NCBI RefSeq assembly: GCF_009914755.1
Contig: NC_060930.1
Reading direction: 5' to 3' (one strand)
DNA: 64,000 nt
Source: the human T2T-CHM13v2.0 reference genome, Homo sapiens
Shown: in pieces, positions 26,833 through 40,641 of the stretch
Numbering within the stretch: position 1 is the first letter of the stretch
Layout of the letters: every line of letters starts with the position of its first letter
Translations under genes and position numbers: made by a program
Notes under the pieces: generated by a model
What the model saw: the letters and a program-made list of their open reading frames with translations, nothing else
Told to the model about the DNA's origin: nothing
Database searches by the model: none

Positions 26833-27118
26833 GGCCAGGTGAGGTGGTTCACACCTGTAATCCCAGCATTTTGGGAGGTTGAGATGGGAGGATTGCTTGA
26901 GTCCAGGGGTTCCAGACCAGCCTGGGTAACATGGTGAAACCCCATCTCTACAAAAAATACAAAAATTAGCCAGGTATGGTGGCACACACCTGTAGTCCCA
27001 GCTACTCAGGAGGCTGAGGTGGGAGGATTGCTTGAGTCCAGGAGGTTGAGCACTCCAGCCTGGGTGACAGAGCAAGACCCTCTCTCTCTCTCTCCAAAAA
27101 AAAAAAAAAAAAAAAAAA
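26833..27118 (+). mobile_element. AluJ with right-arm deletion
   Basis: 'gggaggattgcttgagtccagg' in both arms; A-tail; imperfect TSD aagttaaatt / gagttaaatt. Confidence 0.92.
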
Positions 27119-28999
27119 GAGTTAAATTCTAATTATGAAGTTTTTGATCAACATAAAGATTGGAAAGTCAGCTCTTGCAAAAAGCTGCGAAGAATGTATG
27201 AACACTGGAAAGATGGTCAAGTCTGCGTGAGGGTTTGGGAGAATGCACACCCTGGGAAAATATGTGCCCCACAATTTCTTTAACATGTAAGAATTTACAA
27301 TGGTTGTCAGAATTTACAACCATTAATGCCTGTTTACAATATTTAAAAGGTGAATAAATAAATATGAGGCTGTCTACTCTGTGTAAACCCATGAGTTTGT
27401 TATCATATTCCACGTACACTAACATATTCCCTGTAGACTGGCCTCAGGGATGACAGCAGATTCTTGATGGGCCTTATGCGCAGGAATGCCCTCTGCTTCT
27501 CTTTTTAGCTGGCACTGATACACCAACATGTGAGCTATCCAAAGTCCCAAAGTACACCCCTTTCTGGTGTTTCCTCAGACCCTGGCACAGATAGGAGTTC
27601 AAGAATGTGAGGAATGAAGGCCCTACCTGATGGACAGCAACTCATGAGGTATCAGGGTAGTCCTGTTAAATTAGTGCGGCCAACTGCTAATCCTTTTGTG
27701 GCACGGGATTTGGGGGATTCTGTGTTTTCTAGAGGGATGGTCTCTAATGGATTCAAAAGAGAGCTGTCAATGTCTAACTGCAATCAGCATCGCCCTGGCA
27801 CTTCAAAGGAATAACAAGGACCCTAGAACGCCAGGGCCACCCTCCATCCGAACACCTCCCTAACTGAAGTGCCCCGTCAGTGAGCTGGGATTTAGGAAGA
27901 AAGGAGAGCATTACAGTGTGTGTCTGAGGAAGAGGAGAGTGCACAATTCGAATGTCTCCAACTTTCTAGGAACAAATCCACTTAGAACGTCAGTCACACC
28001 CACAACAATATTTCTAGCACTCCAACTAACACCATAATTGAGGAGGAGATTCTCTGGTTTTATTCATGCTGAGAAGAGCTGTTTCCTCCCCAGAGAGTGA
28101 CCTATTCTTTGTCTTATGCCAAGAAAGCCATAAGAAAAATGCTGACCTATGAAGGTGACACATCATGCTTAATCACTACTTTCAATTAAAACAATATAAA
28201 ATAAAGAACGTACTGAGCCACTCAGGCAGAACATAATATCCCAAGCAACAGACACACCTACTGAGACTTGACATTTCCGAGGAGTCTGGTTCCCAGCTGT
28301 GTGTGGAGAGTGAATCCATGACATTAGATGTTGGGTTGCCCTGGAGAAACTTAGGGCGGAGCTGTCACAGCAAACTGCATTTGCTGATAACAGATTTCCC
28401 GAGTTGCCTTAGCTTTTCAATACACCAAACTCCAAATACTAGGAGCCAAAAAAGGTTTGCAGCCATGGATCTCCCCTCATCCCCACCTCCAGTCATGACC
28501 CTGGGGCAGAACACCTGCCTACTTTCCAGTATTCTAGCAGCTAACTTCTCAAAGGAGGCTTAACGCCAAGTGTTTAAGCTGGGGTGGGGTTGAAGCGGGA
28601 AAACTCAGCACTGGTTTCTTTCTCTTTGGCTCAGCTCAGCCAAACAAAAACTCCTCAAAAACAATTGCTTGTTTTTTTGCTGGTCTCTTCAGATAGGATA
28701 AAGCGGCCAGAGTCTCCCATAAAACTTGCATCTAGGGAAAGAGGGTAAGTGCACAGAGGGCTTTTCCAGCTTTCTCCCACCCCTGAAGCTGCCCAGGGCC
28801 CTTCGTGCCCATGAGAAGGCTGAGTAAATGACCATGAGAAAAGTCACCACTGGAAGAGGGTCCTTTAGTAGAAGAATTTCAACAGGGAAATGGGCTTTCT
28901 AAAGTCTAGAGATTCCATATGCTCTTTTCACAACCAAACCATCGAACAGGGCTGTCCAACTCTACCACAATCCATACAACAGGCCCACAATAACACACC

Positions 29000-29625
29000 T
29001 GTTTTTGTAGGCTCCGGAAACAACTCTCCCCTGTTTTAAATCCTTCAGTGGCTCATAGGATCTGGCCCTTGCCTCCTTCTCTGGGCTTATATTTGACCAC
29101 CTTCCACTTGTGCAGCAGTTTCCAACCAAGGGGTAATTCTGTCCCCGTATGGGACATTGGGCAATAATCTGGGGACATTTTTGGTTGTCACAATTAGAGT
29201 GAAGGGAAGGGGATGCTACAAAAAATCCTAAAATTCAGAAGACAGTCTCTCACTGCAAAGAATTACCTGGTCCAAATACCAAGTGTCAAGGCTGAGAATC
29301 CCTGCTCCAGCCATACCAAACTCTTTGCTGTTCTCTGAGCACACCAGGCTTTCTCATATGCTTTTGTGCCTAAACACATTCCTTTACCTGGAATGCCTTG
29401 CCCCACCTTCCCTGTCCAGGAAATTACCATTTCCCATCTAGGATCCTACTCAAATGTCACCTCCTCTACACTGTCTTTCCCAGATTCCCCAGAGTTGGAT
29501 GTTCCTTTTTCTGTGCCTCCAAAGCTTCTGGTACACACCTTGCTAGAACATACTCACTATGTTGACCCAAGATAGTCTGCACATGCTAAAGGCATCTCAA
29601 GTTGTATTCTTCGTTTATTCCCATA
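29000..29625 (+). mobile_element. L2 fragment interrupted by MER20
   Basis: 'tttaaatccttcagtggctc...atctggcccttgcctcc' then 'ccagccataccaaac...cctggaatgcctt...ctcaaatgtcacctcctct'. Confidence 0.65.
29113..29304. mobile_element. MER20 (hAT-Charlie)
   Basis: 'gggacattgggcaataatctggggacatttttggttgtcacaa...aaagaattacctggtccaaa...aaggctgagaatccctg'. Confidence 0.8.
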
Positions 29626-29754
29626 GGGCCCATCTGGTAATAAATCACCACTCACCAATTTAATCAGGGAATAAATCAAAATGGAAAAGATGCACCTTAC
29701 ACTCTCTTGGAACTATGTCTAAGGGATAACAGTGTCCCCAACATTAAAAACAAC

Positions 29755-29990
29755 AGCAGTAAATATGTATCAAGTGCTTGTAATGTGGACAGGTACCATA
29801 TTAAGCACTGGTATACGCAGTAACTCATTTCATCCTTGCAATAATCCTATCAGGTAGGTATCATTATTATCAGCATTTTACAGATGGGGAAACTGGGGAA
29901 CCAAGAAGTCAGGCCACTTGTCTAGGGTCACTGACACTAGCATCCCAAAAAAGTGATATTTAGTCCCAGGAAATCTAGCCCCAGAGTCTC
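29755..29990 (-). mobile_element. MIR SINE
   Basis: 'aactcatttcatccttgcaataatcctatcaggtaggta...cattttacagatggggaaactggg'. Confidence 0.8.
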
Positions 29991-30434
29991 AATATTCCAA
30001 TATTCATGCCAAGGCAGTTACACTAAAACCCAGTATTTCAGCCACTCAGAGGCCCCTGGCAAGTATAAATGACACCTCCAGAGGACTACGCAGCCAGAGT
30101 AGCCACCAGCACCTGTGACCCTGCTTGTGGGGGATCACACGACTCTCCAACTCTGAAATGCTTCTGGCAGGAGAAGCAACCTCTTCACATCATGGAAAGA
30201 CATATGTACTCCAGAAAATCATGGTACCGTAAAGGAAATACAAGTGCTGATTCCTCAAAGTACCTCTTACCTTGTTCATGCTGCAGGGATGGGAGCAAGG
30301 GATCAGACATGTCACAGTGCGAGGAAGCTCTTGAAGATTCTCCTCATTCCTGGAGCCCTCACTTTCTGAAGCAGACAGCTGCACTGTGAATATAAACAAA
30401 GAAGAAATCCATCAGCTGGTGCCCAGGAAGGCAT

Positions 30435-30560
30435 AGAGCACTGCCATGTCCAGTGGCACTTGCTGTCATGATGGCAATGATCCAAGTCTGCACTGTCCAA
30501 CATGGTAGCCACTAGTCAGATGTGGCTATTATTGAGCACTTGAAAAGCAGCTAGTGCAAA
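30435..30560. mobile_element. MER3/MER33-like hAT-Charlie fragment
   Basis: 'gcactgtccaacatggtagccactagtcagatgtggctattattgagcacttgaaa'. Confidence 0.7.
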
Positions 30561-30665
30561 CGGGGGCTGCCAGGACTCAACAGCTAGAACTTTCACAGAT
30601 TTCCTAGAAAGGCAGTGTACCATAAGGGAATTCAGGAGGTCAGTCTTCCATGGGCCAAATGAACT

Positions 30666-30703
30666 AAACAGTCCAATTCCCCCCAAACAGTCCAATTCCC
30701 CCC
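30666..30703. repeat. Perfect 19-bp tandem duplication
   Basis: aaacagtccaattcccccc x2. Confidence 0.9.
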
Positions 30704-30802
30704 ACCATGTTTTCATTCATGCTATTTATTCTTTACATGGCGTTTTTTGATTCATATGAATTACATTTTAGAGTAAAAGGGTCATTGTACAGTTTCAGGG
30801 TT

Positions 30803-31175
<373 letters not shown>

Positions 31176-31761
31176 TAAATGGACTTGTAGCCTTTTCCTC
31201 TGAAAGGTGTTTACAGGTGGAACTGAGAGGAGAGCAAAATATTGTAAGGTTCCTGATACTCAATTTGTGTGTTATTTTTTTAAGTTGCATCTAGGAAGGA
31301 TTTATATATCTGCACCTTCCCATAATACATGGAATCGGAGGTTTAACTGGAACTGCAGTGCTTTTAAAAATGAAAAATATACTATTTTTAATTATAATAT
31401 ATTAAGACTATAGAAAATGTTCAACAGGAAAAGAAAAAGGTACTTATAACCCCACAAGCCCACCATAACCATCTTTAGTTCTTAGTAATCAGCCTTTGTC
31501 TACACTGGAGAATAACATGTCTGCTAACTAAGTCCAGGACATGGAGAATTCCAAAGCTGTATTCCCCATATTAACATCTTTCACTGCTAAGAAAATGATT
31601 TTGCAATTTACATTTTCAAAGATAAACTCCTACTCCATGCACATTACTATTCTATGAACATAATATTACTACGTTCCTTTTATAAATCAGATGATAGAGA
31701 GAGGAAATTGCAAATCACTCCTTGGCTATTTGAAATACAGATTCCAAAAAAAATACCACAT

Positions 31762-32911
31762 GCGGATTAAAGACTTAAATGTAAGATCTAAAACCATAAA
31801 AACCCTAGAAGAAAGCCTAGGCAATACCATTCAGGACATAGGCATGGGCAAGGACTTCAGGACTAAAATACCAAAAGCAATGGCAACAAAAGCCAAAATT
31901 GACAAATGGGATCTAATTAAACTAAAGAGCTTCTGCACAGCAAAAGAAACTATCAGCAGAGTGAACAGGCAACCTACAGATGGGAGAAAGTTTTTGCAAT
32001 CTACCCATCTGACAAAGGGCTAATACCCAGAATCTACAAAGAACTTAAACAAATTTACAAGAAAAAAAACAACCCCATCAAAAAGTGGGCAAAGGATATA
32101 GACAGACACTTCTCAAAAGAAGACATTAATGCAGCCAACAAACTTATGAAAAAATGCTCATCATCACTGGTCATTAGAGAAATGCAAATCAAAACCACAA
32201 TGAGATACCACCTCACACCAGTTAGAATGGTGATCATTAAAAAGTCAGGAAACAACAGATGCTGGAGAGGATGTGGAGAAACAGGAACACTTCTACACTG
32301 TTGGTGGGAGTGTAAATTAGTTCAACCATTGTGGAAGACAGCGTGGTGATTCCTCAAGGATCTAGAACTAGAAATACCATTTGACTCAGCAATCCCATTA
32401 CTGGGTATATACCCAAAGGATTATAAATCATTCTACCATAAAAACACATGCAGATATATGTTTATTGCAGCACTGTTCACAATAGCAAAGTCTTAGAACC
32501 AACCCAAATGCCCATCAATGATAGACTGGATAAATAAAATGTGGCACATATATACCATGGAATGCTATGCAGCCATAAAAAAGGATGAGTTCATGTCCTT
32601 TGCAGGGATATGGAGGAAACTGGAAACCATCATTCTCAGCAAAGTAACACAAGAAGGGAAAACTAAACACCGCATGTTCTTACTCATAAGTGGGAGTTGA
32701 ACAATGAGAACATATGGACACAGGGAGGGGAACATCATACACCAGGGCCTGTCGGGGGGTGGGGGGCTGGGGGAGGGATAGCATTAGGAGAAATACCTAA
32801 CGTAAATGATGAGTTGATGGGTGCAGCAAACCAACGTGGCACATGTATACCTATGTAATAAACCTGAATGTTGTGCACATGTATCCCAGAACTTAAAGTA
32901 TAATAAAAAAG
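31762..32911 (+). mobile_element. L1PA (approx. L1PA5-7) 5'-truncated, ~1.15 kb
   Basis: ORF2 C-terminal remnants ([16 protein letters not shown]...[20 protein letters not shown]; [28 protein letters not shown]) with frameshifts/stops; G-rich 3'UTR; AATAAA; TSD AAAATACCACAT (31750-31761 / 32912-32923). Confidence 0.96.
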
Positions 32912-34018
32912 AAAATACCACATTCAGTCATAGCAATAGCATATTTTAACAATAATGTACAACACAGAGAGATCTTGGAATTCCAACTTTGTAGTACGAA
33001 TACATCCAAACATCTCCACATGTACATGATGCCTGGGTAATCATGGCTTCAAAGTCAAGAAAATTCAATATCTAATTGTAATTGATCTTAAAGTGACTGA
33101 AAAAAATAATGCATGTAACTTTTACTCTTTCAATTTCCAGAAGCATGTGCTAATAAATTTCTTAGTTTTAAAGTAGAACTTTATACATGCTGTTTCCTTT
33201 TCAATGTATGTATCCATCCATGTAAAAACTACAGCCTAGCACTTAACTGGAAAGCTTGCCCAAATGCCTAGCAGAGATGCCTCATGTCACAATTCAATTT
33301 CTATGTACACATTGGTATCAACACAGGAAATGTGGGCACAAGAAGATAATAACAGACAAGGATTCTTGAACATCATTTCCCTGAGGAACCCCACCCAGCT
33401 CCAATCATGCCACAATCCCCGTACTCTCAGAACTTGGATAAATAGCTTGCACTAAACTGATTACGGATCCCTTCCTGCCCCCGCCCCAACTGTTCTTATG
33501 TCATTTTCATGTATGTTGTTTTACAACCGAAACAGGCTAAAAACCCTTTGAGGGAAACATCAGACACACAGAACGTTTTAAAATAAATATTACGATAGTT
33601 TTTTCTTTGCTGTCACTCACAGGGCCTAGGATGATACAGACTCTTAAGTGTGGGGTCTTAAAAACAATGTTAATAATTGTTGCAGCTGCCTTTGGAGTTC
33701 TTTTAAAAAGGAAAACCTCTTAATGCCAGGGTTGTAAATCTTTTAAAAAATATTAAGAATGTCATACAACTGTATAGTACCCCAAACTGTACAATGCACT
33801 TTTATATATTAATACTCTCATTTAATACTAATACCAATCTGGGTGGTAGTTTTCCTAATTTGGAAACCAGACACAGAGAGGTAAAAGAATTTTTCCTGGT
33901 TCTTGCTATAATAAGCAATAGACCCTGGACTAGAAGTGACTTCATTTCAAGACGCTATGGAAATAAAGCATGTGAAAGACCAGAAATAAAAAATAAACAC
34001 AACACACACCCCAAAACA

Positions 34019-34051
<33 letters not shown>

Positions 34052-34060
34052 TGCACACAC
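34019..34060. repeat. (CA)n microsatellite
   Basis: Direct read. Confidence 0.9.
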
Positions 34061-34599
34061 CAAGACCACCATTTAACAGAAAACGCCTCAGAGAACAGAT
34101 GACAATTTTAGAAACTGGGTCAGTTCACTTCTGGACAGCAACCAAAAAGACTGGCCTTGTTCTATCAAGTACTTTCCATCTCCTTTGAAATCGAGGGAAC
34201 CTGGTTGTTTTGCAGCCAATTCAGTTTATGAAGAAGCTTAGCAAAATCTACAGCTTAAAAAAGGAGACTGCATCTTAAATATAAAGCATTAGGGAAAAAG
34301 ATACCTGAGTTACCATGGTGGAATCAAGAATGTTTTCTTTTTTAGTTTATTATTCAATGTTTCTTTTTATTGTTTTAAGAAGTTGGATTCCTCTAGTACT
34401 GAACAAAAGGAAAACTACAGACGTCTTTAAAGGGTGCCTTGAGAAAGTTAATCCCATAAGCCCGTGTGACTTCCACTCAGCTGATCCTAACAGTTGGTTC
34501 AATGGTCAATCTTAGACTTCTAAAAGGTTAATGAAACATAATTTGTCTTTCCAGGTGGATAGAAGCATGGGTAAGAAGAAAGGTGGTCCAGAATTACAG

Positions 34600-34848
34600 A
34601 ATCCCAGCACTTTGTGAGGCTGAGACGGGTGGACCACTTGAAGTCAGGAGTACCAGCCTGGCCAACATGGAAAAACCTCATCTCTACTAAAAATACAAAA
34701 ATTAGCTGGGCATGGTGGGGCAGGCCTGTAATCCCAGCTACTCAGGAGGCTGAGGCAGGAGAATAGCCTGAACCAGGAGGCAGAGGCACTGTAGCCTGGG
34801 TGACAGAGGGAGACTCCATCTCAAAAAAAAAAAAAAAAAAAAAAAAAA
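34600..34848 (+). mobile_element. AluS, 5'-truncated with internal deletions
   Basis: 'atcccagcactttg...tctctactaaaaatacaaaaattagctggg...gagactccatctc' plus long A tail. Confidence 0.9.
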
Positions 34849-35286
34849 GGCAGAGACAAAGTAAGTCTAAGAAGAAGAGAGAAATGACAAGAAAAGATGA
34901 AAGATATAAAGAATGGAGAAAAACAAAGGGCGGCAAGCAAACAAAGACACTCAGAGATAGGTTTGGTAACATGGCCAAGTGCCCCTCACCAGCCAGGTCC
35001 TCGCTATGGAAGAGACCCAGAGATTTGGGCTCCTGGTGACAATTCCACATCCTATGGCTTCTCTGAGGGTTATACTCTGATGTCTTGGGTGTCAGCAAAT
35101 GGGAGTTGGAGAAAACACCAGGCGTACCTGATTCACCACTATTTATTTACCATCAACCTCCATCTACCATGGAGAGAAGCCTATTTTACCTGGATCACTG
35201 TTAATGTGGTATAGAGGTATGCTGAGAATAACATAAGCCACCTTTAATCCTATGCTCTTTAAAGAGAAGCTTAAAAGTGTCAAGGG

Positions 35287-35287
<1 letters not shown>

Positions 35288-35321
<34 letters not shown>
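35288..35321. repeat. (TG)n microsatellite
   Basis: Direct read. Confidence 0.95.
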
Positions 35322-35323
<2 letters not shown>

Positions 35324-38300
35324 CTCCTGACCCTTGAAAATGCAACTAATACTGCCAAATACTGAATGGAATATGGCGAGTTGGGCTTTTCTCCCCACTC
35401 CAACTCCCACCCCCTTCTATGATGTCCATTCTAGAAGCCTTCAGTAATATATGTCAAAGCTGGGTAGCTCAGGCACTCCTGTGGGAGATAGATAGGCCAA
35501 CAAGAGCAAGCAGGTCACTCTTCGCAGTGTTAAAGGTCTCACTAGCTTTTAGACATAACGTACCATGAGGCCAGTCTGTGGGATGGACTCTTGTTCCTAC
35601 CCTTCCCACCACCACGCCCAGCAGCTTAGGCAGAGGGCTGGGGCATGAGGGCCTATGCCAGGCCCAAGAGCTTTTGGAGAAGGAGTAAGTGAAGTAATAC
35701 AAGGTGAACAGGCTCTGAAGTCTAGAAAAAAATGCTCTTGCATCTAGGACTTAGAAACTTGGGAAATCAGATGGACAGGTGAGAGCAATATCCCAAATTT
35801 CCTCTACTCTATTTTAAGGGGTGGAGTAATTCACATGGCTTTGAAGTTAAGTCTGGACAATCTTCAACTGGAGACTTTCAACTGAAAAAATATAAGGTCA
35901 TTTTATTACAGAAAAGCTAATCCCTCCCTTCTACCATAGGGGGCATGGTGCTGGGATTAAAGGATCCAAAGGCAAAGAAACTAGACTCCTGCCCCCTTCC
36001 CCCAATGCATACACACCTTCTTTCCAAGTGGCTGGCTCATTCCCTGCTTCCTAAAGAAGAGGCAAGAGGAACAGAGTGGAGCTTGCCAAGGAGATTCCTG
36101 CAGGTCCCTCTCCATCCTCAAAGTTACAGCAGATGTGTGGCTGTGGTTCTCCATGACTTCAGTGTCCTCGCCACCCCACATGGAGGCAGCAAACACACTA
36201 TAACATGGTTCTGCCCCAAGAGACCAGACGTTTGCCATTCTGCTTTGCTCCCCTGTGCGCTGCCTTCACAGCATACCATGGAAAACAGACATTCTAAGCC
36301 AGAACAACAAGAGCATCTTCCCATCAAGCATCAACAACAGCCTTCCTCCCCAAGGATAGGTTAGGTAATTTGAAAATGAATGTTCTGAAATTTTAACTAA
36401 TATATGAGTTATGGTTCAATAGGAAATGGTAATAAAGAGGAGGAAACAAGAGGATTATAAATTATAAAAGAGAGACACATTGTTGGTAACACACGCACAC
36501 AAATAGTCTGAGAGCCAGATGGGGAGAAACAGAGGCCAGGAAGGGCCAAGAGTGACAAGTGGTAGAGGGTCCATCACTTTCATACACCCACTTCTGGCAC
36601 ACAGGCTAGGGGGTTCTTGCACTTGGTCAAATGATAAGTCAGGATATCTAATCTTTAGATTCAGGGCTATCACTGTAAAATGTAAATCGCAGTCTCCAGT
36701 GATTTAGGACTATCTCAATTTAAAGGCACAACACAGAGGAGCCCCCAAGAGGTTACTTGGCCTGGCCCACTTCCCTTGCCTAAGTGACTATTTAAACCAG
36801 GGGTCACAAATTCAGATGACTGCAAGGGTCAAGAAAGAATGAGATGAGTGAAAGGTCAGGTCTGGGAAGACAGTGAGGAATGGGGCATCCGGGGAGTCTG
36901 CTACTCAGCTCTAGCCCCAGCAAAGCAGGAACAAGCCCCATGTGCCAAGAGCTTCTGATACTCAAGAAACGGAGTTGAGAGACTGTGTAAAATAATTTGC
37001 TGTTTTAATGTTGGAAACTCATGCTAATACTTTGGAAATTTTGTAGGAGTTGGGTCTGGTTGGCTAGTTTGCCTCTTCTACTGCACACCTTCCATGTCAG
37101 TCAGGGGATTCTTTGTTCCTGTAAACCTCCGGGAGAGAAAACTCTCTACCTGCCTCTTGGCCCCTCTGGGTTGTACTGCTAGGGCTTCACTGCCCACAGA
37201 AAGCCAGGGAGAAGAGTAGGCAAAGAGAGATAGGGGCCAAGTCAGTCTGAATATCAACTCCACCTCTCGGAATGTGATTTTTGGCAAGTTACTGGCTCTC
37301 TCTCAGTCTCTGTTCCTTTATCCCTAAAGCTGGGGGAAATTCTTTATATCTCTGGAGATTCTTTTGAGGATTGTTTTGAGCATTTCACAAGAAGAGATCT
37401 TGTCTATTTTGTACTAGTACCCAAATACCCAGCACCTATCCCGCTGCCTTACATACATACAGTAGGCACTCAATATATGCCAAATTTAATTATAATGTTT
37501 GGGAAGATCTCCTGTAAGTCTGGCACCAGTTGAACCTATTTCCTTTCATTCTCTCCTCTTCTGATGCTTTAATGTCAATATTCATATCTACTTCTCGCTT
37601 GGTCAGAATATTTTGAAATTAAACTTTATAGAAGTCCAAATTAAGAATAAATACTGAAGTTTTTTCTTAAGAAGCATGGCACACTTTTAGGTCAGCAAGG
37701 CACTATTTGGGTACTACTGGTGACAGCTTTTTGCGCACTTTAGAAGAAAAAAAACTAAACAAAAGAGATTTCATTGTCCTATTAATAAATTAAGGAATCA
37801 TGCATTAAGTTTAGCATTCTCAACTCATGTTTGCCAATAGTGCACGTCACTGCAAAGGGAGTACACAGTGGCTATTCCAGGCAACTCTTGATCCATTTGT
37901 TCACTTTGGATTGAGAAGGCTGAATTATATTCATCTAGAACAAATGTTTACTAACCATGTCTTATTTACCTGGGTTTCTTTGATTTTATGCTGAAAGAAT
38001 CCCAGACCCCTCCAAATAATTTCAACTTCCCTCTCCCTTGGCGGGGCGGGGGGAGGGGGTTGCTGTACAATTCAGGCAAACATATTTCCTATGATTTGGT
38101 GAGAAACTGAAATAACAGACAGCCTGATGGGTTACTTCAGAGTGATCCACTGCAATGGGAGCACTGTTAAAGAAGCGTTAAGGGGGCCAGCTATCTCTCC
38201 AATAAAAAGTTTCTAATTAAGGAACTAAAATATTCTCAAGAAGATCTTGGGGACAAGCTATAAGTAGGATGTTACCTTAATTGGGGCTAGTGCTTACAAC

Positions 38301-38441
38301 TGAAACTGCTTAGCAAGCCAGAATGGGTTATATGCCTTGTTCCTCTTGAGAAGAAACTTTCATTAATCTGCAGAAGAAAACTCTAGTTGGCCTGAAGGTT
38401 CACTGTTAACCTCTGCTTTTCTGGGGCTTAGATTCTGTTCC

Positions 38442-38744
38442 TTTTTTTTTTTTTTTTTTTTTTTTTTCTGAGACAGGGTCTCACTCTGTCGCCCAGGCTG
38501 GAGTGGAGTGGTGCCATCTTGGCTCACTGAAGCCTCAACCTCCCAGGCTCAAGTGATTCTCCCACCTCAGCTTCCCAAGTAGCTGGGACTACAGGTGTGC
38601 ACCACCCATGCCCAGATAATTTTTTGTAGAGACAGGGTTTTGCTATGTTGCATAGGCTGGTTTCAAACTCCTGGGCTCAAGTGATCCTCCTGTGTTGGCC
38701 TCCCAAATTGCTGGGATTACAGGCATGAGCCACTGTATCTGGCC
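38442..38744 (-). mobile_element. AluJ
   Basis: Poly-T head; 'cctcaacctcccaggctcaagtgattctcccacc'; 'ctcctgggctcaagtgatcctcc'. Confidence 0.92.
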
Positions 38745-39224
38745 ATATTCTGTACTTATTATCAGCATCTCCTTAGTGCAGCTTATTCTTTTTGAGGGAG
38801 TACCATGTCCCAGGTTGTTAAGCCTCTCCACAGGGATCTAGTGTTTGCCTCCACTATGGCCTGAGGGCGTTCAATGCTCTCAAACCAGTTTCTGCCAAAA
38901 CAGTTGAAGTTATACCATGCAGGTAGTAGTGTAACTATGAACCCCAGAGCTATTCAAACAGTGTAACCCTGGGTTTCCATCCCCCTGGTCTGTGCCCCAA
39001 CACACAGACTTAAAGCCCCAAACAGACTGGGGAAAATCTTCTTGCCCCCCTTTCACAAGCAATTCCTGTGTGAGTATAGACACCATAGCCCCTAGAGCCT
39101 AGAGCCTACAGCTGGGTCTGAAACACTCTAAGGCCAGTGGCATCAATGTCTTCTGGCACCTAAGAATTTCCCTGTCCTGCTTTAAAGCTCGTATGTACTT
39201 GAAAATATTTAACCAATATAATAC

Positions 39225-39304
39225 CTTAGGACTTTTTGGGGTGGGTGGTCAGAAGTAGGCCAGGCTTAGGACTTTTTGGGGTGGGTGGTCAGAAGTAGGC
39301 CAGG
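39225..39304. repeat. Perfect 40-bp tandem duplication
   Basis: cttaggactttttggggtgggtggtcagaagtaggccagg x2 (39225-39264, 39265-39304). Confidence 0.95.
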
Positions 39305-40429
39305 CTGCATGAGCTCAGTATACCATTCTGCCAGAATTGGGTTCCCTAAATGCAATTCTGCCATATTTAGGTTCCATATGTAGCCAATTCTAGCTGTCAT
39401 TTAGGCTACAACTAGAATTATGTTCTTTGTAGCCTAAGCTAATTGCTGTGACTCTTTCACTAACTCATCCTCATTACAGAGTGCCATTGGGGGTAGAAAG
39501 TGCTTACGGGTAGCCCAGGCCTTGAGAAACCTACCCTTAGCCAGAAGCAGCAGGTCCAGGCAGTTACCCCAAGGAAACAGGTCACCTTCCTTCCCAAGGC
39601 TGCATTTTCCACACCCAAGTCTGCCCTCAGTTCTGTGGAAAGGAATCTGCCTTCCATTAACTTTTCCATAATTTAGAACTGGATGACTGCACACTGATGT
39701 TTTAGTAGAATGAGAGAAGCAAAGACAGCAAGAAATGCAACAAGGGCACAACCACCTTAACACATCAGGGAGGTCTGCAGGGAGTCACTGCGTTCTCCGA
39801 CAGCAAGCAGCCAAGAGAACAGCCACAGAAAGCAGTTCCAGCAGCTGACCCTGGGGTCCTCTCTGATCTCATTACAGCAGTTGACACTAGTCCTCACAAA
39901 ACAAACAGAGGAAATTTATGCTTGCCTTAGCTGTGGAAAGCTCCACATTCCTTATTAACGAGAGTTTCAGCTTCTGAGACCACAGCCGCTGGAATGGGGA
40001 GGAGGTCAGCTGTGCTCCCAAGAAAGAACTGTGGCTGCTGCCTTGCCCTCTTTCTGGGGCTGGATATACAGGCAGCGAGCCTGGGGCCTAGGCTGTCTGC
40101 TCAGGTGACTGAGGGGAAGTTCCCTTTCTGCTAATGTCGACTTCCCTCGGCTCAGACGGTGGGGTCATTTCCTCTTAAACAGCACTGGGAAACTCACTGT
40201 AAGGGAGTCCTGAGGGGATCCACCTGCTAAGGTCGCAATTCCAAGAGAGAGGTTGTTCTGCATAACCATACTCAAAAGTACTCTTGCCTGCACCTTCAAA
40301 AACTTTACTTAACTTGGAATTCCAACTTAAAACATTATTTCATATCCTTTAATTCAATCTTAGAAGTAACTGAGCAGCCAGCTCATGACGTAAAGCGTGA
40401 GCTTCTAAACCAGAGTAAGAAATGTGGAG

Positions 40430-40641
40430 CAGAAGTTCTGAACCAGAGTGGTTTTGTCTCCCAGGGGACATCTGGCAATGCTGTAGACATTTTTGGTTGT
40501 CATGACCCGGGGGAGGGTGCTACTGGCATCTAGTGGGTGAGACCAATGATGCTACTGAAGATCCTACCACGTACAGGACACAACCCATAATAAAGTATTA
40601 CTGGTCCAAAATGTCAATAGTGCTGAGATTGGGAAATCCTG
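40430..40641. mobile_element. MER20 (hAT-Charlie)
   Basis: 'cccaggggacatctggcaatg...gacatttttggttgtcatgac...gctactggcatctagtggg...ggtccaaaatgtcaatagtgctgag'. Confidence 0.88.

Noticed and set aside
31691-32700. ORFs with clear protein homology
   Set aside because: Broken C-terminal pieces of L1 ORF2p in a 5'-truncated L1PA; not functional
34300-34320. CCACCATGGTAACTCAG|GTATCT (Kozak ATG plus donor, minus strand)
   Set aside because: Weak donor and no promoter-like context; resemblance to known MVTQ N-termini is too short to be meaningful
38040-38060. G-quadruplex
   Set aside because: Only three separable runs of three or more G; not a canonical three-tier G4
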